This document shows positions 13,299 through 25,749 of a stretch of 64,000 bases of DNA, piece by piece. This stretch comes from the human T2T-CHM13v2.0 reference genome, Homo sapiens: assembly GCF_009914755.1 (NCBI RefSeq), contig NC_060936.1; one strand, written 5' to 3'. Made by a program: the position numbers and the translations under genes. The notes beneath the pieces were generated by a model. It had not been told where the DNA came from. It was given only the letters and a program-made list of their open reading frames with translations, and made no database searches. The stretch's first letter is position 1; each line of letters opens with the position of its first letter.

Positions 13299-15269
13299 AT
13301 GCCCTAATTAGGATTCACCCGACTCCCACTCCCTCTATCTCTTTTTTTTGTTTTATTTTCTCCAAAGCCGTTATCATTATCTAACATATGATATATTTCA
13401 TTTGTGCATTTTGTTTGCTATTTATCTCCCTTTGCTAAAATCTAAGCTCTATCGGAGCAAGGATTTTTGTCTGCTTGTTCGTTGCTGTTACCTCAGTTCC
13501 AAACAGTGACTGGTCCATGGTATGTGCCCAATAAATACCATCGGGTTACCGGAGACACCTCCCTACCATCACCACAGAATGCCCTGTGGGACAAAATAGA
13601 CTATAGGGCTATTTGGGCCATGAGGAGGAGGAAGAAGAAATGTGGGGACATTTGGCATAAAATGATGAGCTCTGCTTTCGGAGGGCTTCTCTGGAAGCTT
13701 CTTCTTGATCCTCTTCTGAGATTGGGCAGCCACAAATAGTTCTTTATCTCCTAATTTTGCCTTAGACATCTACAGAACCCACAGTGGGCATCCCCTCCCC
13801 TGCCTTCATCATTGTTTCCTGTCTCTCCTCTGCATTTCAAACCAAAGCAGAGGGTAGGAGGGCAGATGAGCTGAGTGTCTGGGTTAGATAGGAGCCTCTA
13901 GTGCAGCCCTGTGTTGGCTGATGCCGATGACTTTTCTTCTCTCTCTCTCTCTGCATCTTTTCTCTCATAACTTCCTACACACCATCTGTTCCCTTTACTG
14001 CAGTTAAATATGTCTGTGTTTCTTTGTATTACAGGCCTAGGTGCTCTCTGATGGTGGGAATCCACTAATAAGAGGTGTCCAGTTCTTCTAGCAAACTTGT
14101 CAGTGCTCATGTCTTCCATGGGTTGTGCCCTGAATCAATGCATTTATTAATTCTTTCAAAATGCAAAATAAAAATTATGTGTTGAGCCTCTACTAGGTGC
14201 CAAGAGATATCTTGTCTATGCCCCTTACCCCCATCCCTTGCCCCCCTACAAACTCTTACCGTTATGGAGCTTAGATTCACATAGGAAATTGGCTCAGCCC
14301 AGGTTCCCCAGAAGATAGAGCATGAGGATAAGTTTCTGTGCTGAAGCTCTATTAGGGAAGAGTGAGAGTGATGGAAAAAAGAAATTAGGTCAACCAGGAT
14401 GGGGAGCAAGTTCATGGCAATGCATAAGTGATCTAGCCAGTGCTTTATGAAGAGAGACAGCCAGCCTCTTGGCCATGTAGGATGTCTCCACAAAGGCTAT
14501 GCAGAAGCATGCCTTGGGTCAGACCAGGGGAAGGAGAGAGGGGAATGAAAGTTAGATGCCAGCTTCCTCGCCTGCTCTAGGAGGAGTTAACTTCTTCAAC
14601 CTCTGGATGGTACCTGCTCTCTTTAGCAGCCAAGGGGAAGGTAAATTCCACAACCTATTCCATGGCACTTTATCTGAGTCCAGAGTGGAAGAAAGAGCCA
14701 GAGATGATCACTGCAGTGGCAACAGTGGAGCAAGACAGACCAAGAGAATCTGAGATGGTTCCCATGATGATACAGAGATTTATTGTCTATTGTAATAAAA
14801 AAAAACTTATTGTTATCAAAAATGGCTAACAGCAAGGTAGGTTCATCAATATAACAAACATATCACTCTGGTGGGAGATGCTGATCATGGGGTAGTCTAT
14901 GCATCCATGGGACAGAGGGTGTTTATGGGAAATCTCTGTACCTTCTGTTCAGTTTTGCTGTAAACCTAACACGCCCTATTTATAAAATGGCTAACAAGAT
15001 AAAATGCTACGATAGTCACGATTTTATTTTATTGTTCTGCAATAACAACTGTGGTTGATATGGAAATTTAATGCAATTTTTGTTAACTCTGGGTCACACC
15101 CAGTGCTGAATTTATCTGCCATCTGCCACTCATAACAGATCTTAATAGTTGCCCTCATAACAGATCTTAATAGTTGCCCACAAAACCAATGTCTTTTAAT
15201 CTTAATCATGGAATTTTGTTTGGGTGTCAGTGTGTGTAGTGCCAGGAGATGAACTGTGGATGATCTAAG

Positions 15270-15576
15270 CCCAAAGTCAGCAAATCATGACGCAAATCTG
15301 GCCTGTAGCTGGTTTTTGTAAGGCTTATGAGCTAAGAAGGGTATTTACACTTTTAAGGGGCTGAGAAGAAGGAGAAGGAGGAAGGAAGATAAGGCGGGAG
15401 GAGAAGGAGTAGGAAGAGAAGAAGGAGTAGGGGAAAAGAAGAGGAGGAGAAGGAGGAAGAAGAGAAAGACAAGGAGGGGAAGAAGAAGAAATATACAACA
15501 AAGACCATATGTGGCCCACAAAGCCTAAAATATTTACTATTTTTCCTTTAACAAACAAAAATCTTGTCCATTCCTA
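15270..15576. mobile_element. MER58-like hAT element with internal GA-rich low-complexity tract (15363-15490)
   Basis: GAGCTAAGAA...TTTACA and CCATATGTGGCCCACAAAGCCTAAAATATTTACTAT motifs. Confidence 0.7.
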
Positions 15577-18105
15577 ATCTAAGCCAATGATCAGAATGAA
15601 CATATGAGACATATTTGACCAAACAGATTATGAGGGGATTTCTGCCTATAGGGCAGGTCCATTTGGAGGGAGGGCAAATCAGCATCTCCCTGGGCTCCCC
15701 GCCTGGGGAGAGGGAGAGGAGCTTGGTCGCGGTGCACCTTATTTTTCATTTCTGAGTATCATTAAAATTCAATTTAAACAATTATTCTTCCAGCCAAGAT
15801 GGAAGTGATTTAATTTCTCCATGAGGATAGGTGTACTTCTCATTTTAAGGACAAGGAATTTTCCATGCAAAGGTTCTGGGGCAGTGAAGAGCAGATCACA
15901 TGCACTCTGTAGACAAGCCCCATTGGAACAACCTTCTGAAGATGAAAGCCTGGAGAGTTTGGCAAAACCATGGGAAGAAAGCTCAAGATGATTCAACCAT
16001 GGCTTTAAACCGCAGGGTTCCTAGCAGCCTTCACATGTCAGCAATTATCAATAAAAGCAATCCAACTAGGCTGTAGTTGGGTCTCCTACAGTTTGAGTGT
16101 TCCCTTTGAGGGAACACCTCTTGTCTGGCTGTGTCAGAAACAACTTAATTGCTGTGTATTTAGTTTTTTGAATGGATTTTACTCCACACCATCAGTGGCA
16201 CCAGCTTTCGTATCATTCCTGTGAGCACCTGGTGGTGGGAAGTTTTCATGAGTATCAGCTGCCTAAACTCACCAAAGAGAAAGTGAAAGTACACAGCGTT
16301 GATGGAATTGTCATATCAGCCTGTAGCAGGTTAGGGGCTGAGGCCCGGTATGAGCCCAAATCCTGTTAGTCCACCAAGCTCCCTTTGCATAAGTCCCATC
16401 AAGAACTGCGTTTCCAGGGACTAGAAATAGAAAACTGAAGAGAATTAATGTTACCAGCTACTGGCCGTTTCCCACTGCATTGCCCACACAAGCTGTGCTC
16501 TAGCCACACGGACTTGTGGCCCTCGCCTGAGCACTCTATCCACTTTCACATCCCCAACTCTTTGCTCATCTGGGTCCTTGGGTCCAGAAAGCCATTCAAT
16601 CCTTTGTGTATCCATCTCAAGCATTTACTGAGCACCTATAAAGTGCCAGGCATTTTCAGGGTATAGGGGCTTAAATGTAGGCAACAGTTTCTGTCCTTAA
16701 AAATTCTCAAGATAGACACATAACAAGGGATTAAACTACAGTGTGATAAATGCTAAGAGAGATGTAAATTATACCTTGAGAGCCCTGAAGATGGAGCAAT
16801 TAACTACGGCTGGATTGCAAAGGGGAAGAAAAAAGGGAAATTTCACAGTGTTGTCATTTGAACCCATTTAAATCCTTCTTGTCCTCCAAAAGATCAGCTT
16901 AAATGCAACCTTCGGTGCCTTCCCAATGATGATTGTCATCTTGTTGGTGCCTCACTGGTAGCACATGTCAGTCCACTTGTGCCCTAGGCTGTTGCATGCC
17001 TGTCTTCCTCGCAAGACAACTGCAGACTCCTTCAGGGCAGCATCCAAATAAAATCTGACCTTGTGTTTTCAAAGCCCATCCCACAGGATCTTGTATATCC
17101 TATGATCTAAAAAATCGTTTAGGAACTAAATTGAATTGAAATTTCTAAGGCTTTCACTGAGACAAGCAGCAATGTAAGAGTTCTAAAATTCCTGGGCAGT
17201 TACTGTGCTTAAAAATAGCATCTGTGGCGATGGCAAGATGAAAATGTCACAGATGAAAGAACAGCTCACAAAAGCACCTCACAGCCTGTGAATTTCAAAA
17301 AGAAACAGTGCCTACTGGTAAGGACTCAGCTGGTCAATTTCTAGGTGCTATAGAGATTAAACTGCACACACATGGCTAACATAAGATTCAAGATGCAGAG
17401 AATGAACCCAGATGGTTAAGCCCCATAGAAACAATGAAGGGACTGTGACTAATAGAAACACGTTGGGTCACCCTGAATATTTTTAGTAGCTGTAACAAGA
17501 AAAGAGGAGGAAGATGGGCCACACACAACAGAATCAGCCAAAATGCAAGGTTAAGAGGAGTCAGAATTATTCCAGTGAAAGAATCTCTCATCCTGTAGGT
17601 TGCATAGTAGCCCAAATTAAACAAAGATTCCTATGAATGCCCTTGGATGCTGCAGAGAGGGAAGAGCAAACACAGAAAGGAGCAAGGGCACTCCTGGGAC
17701 TGAGGGGCAGAAGGGAATTTTAGGCTCCTGTAGGCGATAGTGCACATTGGCCTCAGCACCTCTACTTCTTTGTGGAGAAAACTGTTGGAGAAACAGGAAA
17801 ACAAAATATTAAACAGTATTTAAATTTTAGAAATCAAAATACTGTTGTTTCCAAGTTTGTTTTGTTACAGGATCAAAAATTTACACACGACTCAGACATA
17901 CCCAAAATTGGTTTTATTTATTGTCCATAAATGATTTCACCTAAATTCCCAGACTCCATCCTGCTGCTGGGTGGGAGTTGGGGAGGGGCGGGAAATGGAA
18001 GGGGGAAGAAGAGTAAATAGGGCAGAGTCCCAGTAGAAAATGTATGCTACGTTCAAACTGGGGAATGGATAAGAGTTTAATAATAGATTGATTTTCTTAA
18101 GGCAT

Positions 18106-18505
18106 TGTGTTAGTGTGTGCTGCTATAACAAAATACCACAGACCAGATAATTTATAAAGAACAGACATTTATTTCTCACAGTTCTGGAGGCTGGGAAGTC
18201 CAAGATCAGGGTGCCAGCAGGTTTGGTGTTTGGTGAGGGCTGGCTCTCTCTCTGCTTCCAAGATGGCGCCTTGTTCATTCTCCAGAGAAGACGAATGCTG
18301 TGTCCTCACAGGGTGAAGGTGGAATGGAAAAAAAAGGACCTAACGCTGTGTGGAGTTTCTTTTAAAAGGGTCTGAATCCCATTCAGGAGGGAGAACCCCT
18401 CATGACTTAATCACCTCCTAAAGGTCCCACATCTTAATACTATTGCATTGGAGATAAAGTTTCAACATGAATCTTGGAGGGAACACAAACATTCAAACCA
18501 TAACA
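18106..18505 (-). mobile_element. MLT1A/MST-type MaLR solo LTR
   Basis: TGTGTTAGT...CAAACCATAACA; flanks GGCAT/GGTGT fit a CpG-decayed TSD. Confidence 0.85.
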
Positions 18506-18509
18506 GGTG

Positions 18510-18900
18510 TGGAAAGAGCTCAAGGAAACCAACAAGAAATAGTGCAATTCCCTGAGACTAACAACAGCTAGCTGGCTGTTGAAGTAAGGGTTGAGAGTGG
18601 TTTTCAGAACTAACAAAGATATCTATATGGAGAAGGGCTGTCTGCAAGAGCTGAGGCTTTTGGTAGAAGTACATAGCCAACCAGCATGGCAGCCTGGCAG
18701 GAGAGCTCCAAGGGATTAGATACTCTGACCTTATCCTCCCCACCCCCCAGCCCACCCTTCGATCTCCCGGTACTTCTTCCATTAGCCAAATACAATCAAA
18801 AGCCAGGGAGCTTGCATGTATATGAACCAATCCATATACGTCAGCCTCTTTGGGCACCAAGTAGAGTGGAAAAGTACAGAATATGGATCTGGAGGGCCAG
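18510..18900. mobile_element. Old ERVL-type LTR fragment (LTR33-like)
   Basis: By-eye similarity only. Confidence 0.45.
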
Positions 18901-19779
18901 ATGGACACCTTGCATCCCTTGTGTCTTCAGCATCCACTCTTATCTTTATCCAGGTGAAAAATGTGTATTGGCAGCCTAGGAAACATATAGAATCTCATCA
19001 GCTACCATATCATTATAGGATGATGTCATTGTGGTCATATTCCCACCTGAAAACAAAAATATTAGCCACCACAAGTACTCTTCAAATAAAAGGGAGGAAA
19101 GGAGGGGAGAAGACAAACAATGAACAGAAATCCTATCTGCTACAGCTCCTGCTTTTATAGCAATTCGAAAGACCCAAGTTAACAAGTGTGGATTCTTTCT
19201 TCCACCACCGCTTTATTTTTCCCTTACCCTCTGCCTGTACCACAGTAGAATGGAGTCCTTTGCCTGGTAAAGTGACTTAAACCCTCATTCCCATAGAAAC
19301 GGAATGCTTAATGATTCTGTCTCTTCTGAGTTGATGCAATTTTCCAATGAAAATACTCCTGAACAAGGGGCTGTTACAAGAAAAATCCAGTGAATCTCCT
19401 CGGTTCAGGCAGAAGATAAATTCACTGAGGCTGTGTTTGCCTCCGAGACAAGAGGACTTCAGCCTTCAACCCTTGGTATTACTTCATTCTCCTCATCTAA
19501 GTGTCTTCACTCAAATCTTAAAAACTTCCTTTCAGAAAAAATCACCTGTCTTCCTTCAATTCCTATACGGAGCACTTTCTGCTAGTGAATAATATAGTAT
19601 AAATGAAGAACCAGAAGAAACACTAAAGAATTTCTTTTCCTGTTTGTGAATGTGATTCATACATAACTCCTATTTCCCAGGCAACCCATGCTGAGTGTCA
19701 CAGTAAGAGTCACAAGCCAGATTTCTCTGGCTCTGCTCCCTTCCACTCCAATGCAATCATTGCTTCTTTCCTAGACTCT

Positions 19780-21020
19780 CGTCCTGGCCTTGCTTCTATC
19801 CTTACTCCTCCTAGATTTACTCTGCATTATCAACCAGAGTGATCTTTACAAAACATGAGTCATACCAAGCCTTCCTCATGCTTGAAACCCTCTGGTGGCT
19901 TTTCCTCAGCCTTAGAACAAAATCCAAAGTCCTGCTCTAGCTTGCAAAGACACACATACCTGGTCCTAGTCAAATGTTGGGCTCATCTTAAGCTTTGCCC
20001 TTTACCCAGGCTACTCCAGTCCCAACCTTCTTGCTACTTCTTGAATACGCCAAACTTGCCTCATCTCAAGGTGATATCCCCAGATATTCACATGGCCCAT
20101 GTCCCCACCTCATTCAGATATCTGCCCTCCAAGAGGCCTTCCCTGATCTCCTTACCTAAATTAACCCCCATTAAGTTCTACCCCCACGCCCTACTTTGTT
20201 TTTCTTCATAGCAGATATCCATGCTTGTTATTATACTATATGTCCTCTGTTATATTTACATTAGAATGCAAGTTCTATGAGGACACGGGCTCTGTACGTA
20301 TGATGTTTACCTTCACACCCCATGGCATCAGGTTAACACCCAATAAGTACATACTGAAAATTAAATAAGTGGCCAAAGTAAATAAATAACTAATTTCATA
20401 TGTGCTAAGTACAACAAAGAAAAATGAAGTGGGGTGATGGGAGGGGAGGGGAGGGTGTGGAGGGTGGTGAAGAGGTTGTGTTTGATAGGGTGGCCAGCAT
20501 AGATCTTTCTGAGGCAGTAACATTTGAGCAGGACCTGAATGAAGGGAGGGAATTATCATGAAATATTAGTGGGAAGATTGTTCTGGGCTTAGGAAAACAG
20601 CCAGTGCAAAGACTCCTTGTCAGGAGCTAGACTGGTGCATGTGAGGACCAGCCGGTAGGCCTTGTGACTGCAGCAGAGAGCTCAAGGGAAGGGTGATAGC
20701 AGATGAGACTGCAGAGGTGGGGTGATGATATAAACTTTCAGTTTCATTCTCACTGTGAAGGGAAGCCCTTAGGGGAAGCCAGGATGTGCCCAATCTACTG
20801 TTTTTAATTTGTAAGTTTACTTTGGCTCCTGAGTTAAAAACAGACAGTAGGAGGAACTTTAGAAACTTCAATACTATGGTAATTTAGAGGACAGATGATA
20901 GTGGCATGGATGGGCTTTAGCCAGAATGAGAAGTGAACAGATTCAGCCGTTACTTTGGAGTTAGAGCAAACAGGACTTCTGACACATTCAATGTGCAGGG
21001 TTAGGGAAGGAAAAACGAAG
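19780..21020. mobile_element. L2 fragments in both orientations
   Basis: L2 3'-region motifs; similar L2 pieces at about 9740-10330, 42460-43270, 49280-49860, 53100-54600 and 55700-56120. Confidence 0.6.
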
Positions 21021-21290
21021 GTTGACTCTAGCTACTTCTGAAATATATCAGAATATAAAGTCTCTCAGTTTCTTACCTTCCAATTTTAGGGGTAAATATT
21101 CTTCCACTTATAGCTCAGTTTCCAGAAGACTGGCCAAAAAAAATATGATATCAACTTTTGCTCTAGTCATTACATGGAGACTCATTTGGAAAAGGAAAGA
21201 CTCCTTAACCTCAGCTAATCACAGAAAAAAAAATATTATAATTCTATCATCCCTGAAAGGGAACATCAGTGCCTCTCAGCATTTGGAACC

Positions 21291-21693
21291 TGCCATGGGT
21301 GAGCAGCAACTATCTGAGGCCCATGGTACAGGTGGTAAAAGAACTTACCAAGACAGTTGTAGGTAAAGAAAGGCAGATTTATTAGAGAAAGTATGATAAT
21401 ATGTTGCAAGAGTGCAATGGGCAAGTTAGTAAAAGACGGGCTAACTGCCGGGAAACAAAGGCTTGCTGGGGATTTTGTAGACTGGAACGTGGGCCGAAGA
21501 GTGCTGCCTGCAGTACTGATAACGCCAAGGCTGCAGGGAGCTAACTCGCCGGTGTCTGGTGGTAAGCTGGGCACAGGAGGGCTATATGTCCTGGACCATG
21601 AAGAAAAGCAGACTTTATAGCTTATCTACTTGCTTTTTTTGCTTTCCCTCAGTCCCACCAGCCTAACTCCTTTTCCTTAATTAGGACTTCACA
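21291..21693 (-). mobile_element. 3' LTR, full length (~403 bp)
   Basis: TG...CA termini; preceded by PPT AGGGGGGGAA (21694-21703); AATAAA at 21378-21383; homologous to 26683-26872. Confidence 0.92.
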
Positions 21694-21990
21694 TTCCCCC
21701 CCTAACAGAGCAAGAATGACAAATCTTTGGCATGTGAGTGAAGGTCTCATCTTCCAACTGCTTCCTGCTGACCAGAAGTGAAGAGTTGGCCCTACCTAGG
21801 ATTGCTGCTCAGTTAGGAGGTTCCATGGGTCTAAATCCCTAAGTTAGGACTTAAATTGAGCCGGGTTGCTGTGAGACTATGGGGGAACCGCATTTGCAGC
21901 CTAAAATTTTGTTCTGCTGCATCCAAAGGAGAGTCATGGAGTTCTTTTAGAAGCTGATATCCCTCGCTGCAGTAACATTTTGGTTTGAGA

Positions 21991-23999
21991 TTATTGTATT
22001 CTAGAAGACGCAACATGAGATATTGCAGTAAAAATATGTGGTGCAAGTAAACAAACTAATATGAACATTATTATAGGGGGGAGAAGTTGGGCAACCCATG
22101 GCCAAACCCAGCTGGAGAAATTTTGAATAGTTGTGCCAAAAAAAAAATCTTGACGAACTCTTTTTTGAAGGCCCTCTGATACCTTGATATTCTCTTTTAC
22201 CTTTTTTAAACTTTCTTCTACTTGACCTGAAGTATTGATGTAAAAGCAGCAGGTTTCACTTAACAGCACACAAGTGCCTCCTGCCTTGGTGGTAAGCACA
22301 TCTAAAGCATGTTGATTCTGCAGGACAACCCCTGACAATGAAATTAGGGCCTGTTTCTGGGCCTCAATGGCTGTGACTTTAGGTTTCCAAGATTGCTGGA
22401 CTAAGACGGTGAGTGTATTAGTCTGTTTTCCTGCTTCTGATAAAGAGATACCTCAGACTGGGCAATTAACAAAAGAAAGAGGTTTATTGGACTCACAGTT
22501 CCATGTGGCTGTGGAGGCATTATAACCATGGCAGAAAGTGAAAGGCACACCTCACATGGCAGCAGACAAGAGAAGAGAGCTTTTGCAGGGAAACTCCCCT
22601 TTTTAAAACCATCAGATCTTGTGAGACTTATTCTACTATCAAGAGAACAGCACCCATGATTCAATTACCTCCCACTGGGTCCCTCCCACAACATGTGGGA
22701 ATTCAAGATGAGATTTTGGTGGGGACATAGCCAAACCATATCAGTGAGATTACAAATGCTGTGCTTGAGCATGGGTATACCTGCAAACGAAGAGTCCACT
22801 GACTATAGAATATTCTAGACCATTTCTCTCCATAATGGGATTATCAGTGGCAAGGATGCCAAATGGTGGGAGGTTAAGTTCCACTTTTGTTTTCTTTCTT
22901 CTGATGATCTTTAGAGGGCTCCACTTAGGAAGAACACCAAATTTGGAACTTGGCCAGAGGTTATGAAGTTCGAGGAGTTATATATATGCGCTCCAGGTAT
23001 GGCTGCAGCTGTAGTACAGGTGCCCATCCACTTAATAGGCAAGGCTAGAAACATGATGGATACCCATAAAAAGAAGAACCCAATTCCTTTTAATGAAACT
23101 CCCAAGGAGGGACTTTGTAACCAGGCATAGGCGTGATCAGTTTGGATTCCAGTATAATTTGCATAAATAAGGGGATTTCATGGTCCCTGGGGATTAAATG
23201 TGAACGGGCAATGACCGAAAAAGTAGTTATCCACACATAAGGGAGTCAAAGTTTCACTTGTTGTGTTGTGTAAATATGGGGCCTGACAGATAAGAGTTCT
23301 AAATATTAATTGGTTAAAGGAAAATCGAGGAAAAGCTGTATTAGTGAGGTTAAGAAGTTGTCCAGTTTCAACCCCTATTCCTATATATTCCATCCCAGTT
23401 GCTAAACTATTTACAGGCATAAAGGAGTCATTTTAAATTTTGCTGGCATTAACTTTGTTGTTTTCCCACCATAGAGAAAACCTGTGGAGGTCCTCGGTGA
23501 ACTCATCAGTCATCATACAGCTCCCATTCCTGGTGTGTCTCTTTATAGTTGAAGGTGTAATTACAATGGGCTTGTGTTAAAGCCCCTAGGAAAGGGCCAG
23601 GCCCTTCTGAGTTTCTGAAGTCTCACTTTACAGGCCATTTCTGGTGCCTTCCCTATTCACTGGGTTACAGTGGATGATTGCCATGAGAGATCAATTGGCC
23701 TAGGTGCCCCCCCTATACCTGTGTTTTTGGTGTACGTGTACATAGTGTAGTCAAATCCAGAGTATCAAGTATTGGGCTTGCATGGTAGCCATTTCTTCTC
23801 TAGAGAGTGGGATGGCTAGGAATGTAATGTTATTCTCGACTGCCTGCCTATGTGGGCATATCCAGCAGTTAGTACGATGTGGTATGTTAGTAACCTGAGA
23901 TATTACTGGGTAGAGCAGGTGCCTGGTTGCAGCCATTGAGGCAATAGTTAGCCATGATAGACACCAAAAAAACAGAGCCATATTTAAGGAAAATGACAA
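21991..23999 (-). pseudogene. Fragmented gamma-type env
   Basis: Signal-peptide-like N-terminus and CWIC (ORF 23751-23999); LPxxWxGTC (22911-23105); ISD LQNQHALDVL, CX6CC (CVLLSETCC) and hydrophobic TM (21991-22338); stops, frameshifts and an LTR insertion. Confidence 0.92.
22414..22743 (-). mobile_element. THE1/MST-type MaLR solo LTR inserted in env
   Basis: TGTATTAGTC...CCAAACCATATCA termini; perfect 5-bp TSD GTGAG (22409-22413, 22744-22748). Confidence 0.92.
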
Positions 24000-24136
24000 T
24001 ATATAGTAAACTTAGAAAAGAAGAAGGGCTGCAAAGAGTATGAGAAAAACAGTTAAACAAATACCTAGTATCTTAGCACATCAATGTTGTGGTTTAGGGG
24101 TAAATAACATTACTAGGACAAGTATAAAGAAATTTC

Positions 24137-24431
24137 GGCCCTGACACCTGTAAACCCAGCACTTTGGGAGGCTGAGGCGGGCTGATCACTTGAGGCCAGG
24201 AGTTCAAGACCAGCCTGGCCAACATGGTGAAATCTTGTTTCTATTAAAAATATAAAAATTAGCCGGGCATGGTGGCAGGCGACTGTAGTCCCAGCTACTC
24301 AGGAGGCTGAGGTGGGAGAATCACTTGAACCCGGGAGGTGGAGGTTGCAGTGAGCCAAGATTGCGCCACTGTACTCCAGGCTGGGTGACAGAGCAAGACT
24401 CCGTCTCAAAAAAGAAAAAGAAAAAAGAAAG
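24137..24431 (+). mobile_element. Alu (S-type) inside the provirus
   Basis: Alu dimer with A tail; TSD AAAGAAATTTC at 24126-24136 and 24432-24442. Confidence 0.95.
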
Positions 24432-25319
24432 AAAGAAATTTCATCTGGGTAGTAGTTTTGGAAGTCTCCCTGCAAATAGCAATTTTGTACTATTTCCCTT
24501 ATAAAAGCATTAATATTAAGAGCATGAAGCTGCTCAAGGGAGGCAGATGGATAATTACTGAGAGCTTGCAGTAAAATTGAATAAAAAGAGCCGCTTTAAG
24601 AGTAGTATTTAAAAGAGGTGTTGGATTTATTTTCATTAACTTTTAAGGAGGTTAAAAATTCTAGGCTGCTTGATTTAACAAAACCTCTTTTACCTTTTTT
24701 CTTTAAATGAGTTTTCAATGTTTATATTCTAGTTAGACCATAAATAATGAGTCTTATCTCAGCACTGGCAGCTTAGTAACAGCAGATTTAAAGCAGGCAG
24801 AAAAAAGAGGGGGAAGACAGAGAGCTTTAGGAGACTCTACTTAACTCTGTAGTGCAGATTGACCATTTGAGCTCTGAAGTTTTCTCGTTGTAATTTGCCC
24901 ATTAGTTTAAAATGTGCACAGAAACAGGCCATAATATGTAACCAGCTGGAGATTTAAAGAGAATGACAAAATCAGGGGTTAGGACATTAGAAACTGTCTT
25001 TCCCTTTTAAGGCTGGACCCCTGGAATGAACAGAAAAAGAGAAAAAGAAAAGCAAAGAATGGAGAGGAAAAGGTTAAGTTTTATGGGAGGGCTTGTGAGC
25101 CTTCCAGCCACTGCACAGCCTGTGGAGCAGGGCCAGCACCTCTACCACTTTCATTTATCTCCCATCAGGGAAAGCCTTAGCACCCCAGACCTTCACAGTG
25201 TGAGACGAATTTCTCCCACTTCCACCCGTCACCAGCTAAGGTGACCTGTTCCAGCCAGAGCCGAGAGCCCCTTCAGCTTAAGGCCATTAGGAGTTGGGAT
25301 TTTGTTCCAGGGGCCCTTC

Positions 25320-25749
25320 GGCTCTCAGGGCAATCCCGTTTCCAGTGGTGGAGCTTGCAGCAGAGGGGGCAAGCCATATGGGGCTTTTTTCCTTTTATTT
25401 CATTGGATCAGTTTGCCTTTCTTCTTGCCTGCTCTTCTGCTCCAGTGGTGGTTATCTGGAGGAGAGTGCTTAGGGCAACTTGGAGGGGGTTGGGGACTTG
25501 TAAAGCAGCCAACAGTTAAGCCTGCCTCTTGTCTCTGTCTTTTTCTTTCTTCTTAGCTTTGTTTTCTTTATTCTGCTTTTGGTTATAAAGACTAAGGAGG
25601 CTAATTTGAGGATTGCCTGCATAGGAGCCATGCTGTATTACACAAGAAAATTAGAAGCTTCTTTTTGAGAGTCTGAGGGTTAAGTTTGTTCCAATGCTTT
25701 AGAATGCAGCCTAGAGGTGAGTCTGAAAGAATAGATGGGGTTGTCCCAT
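25320..25749 (-). pseudogene. Internally deleted gag remnant
   Basis: Matrix-like SPLGCILKHWNKLNPQTLKKKLLIFLCNTAW at about 25625-25720; CCHC knuckle CPLCCKLHHWKRDC at 25330-25371. Confidence 0.85.

Noticed and set aside
21266-21574. Similar ORFs at 21266-21574 and 26550-26816 looking like paralogous genes
   Set aside because: They are translations of the two LTR copies
21991-23999. Possible domesticated syncytin-like env gene
   Set aside because: Multiple stops, frameshifts and an LTR insertion preclude a full-length protein
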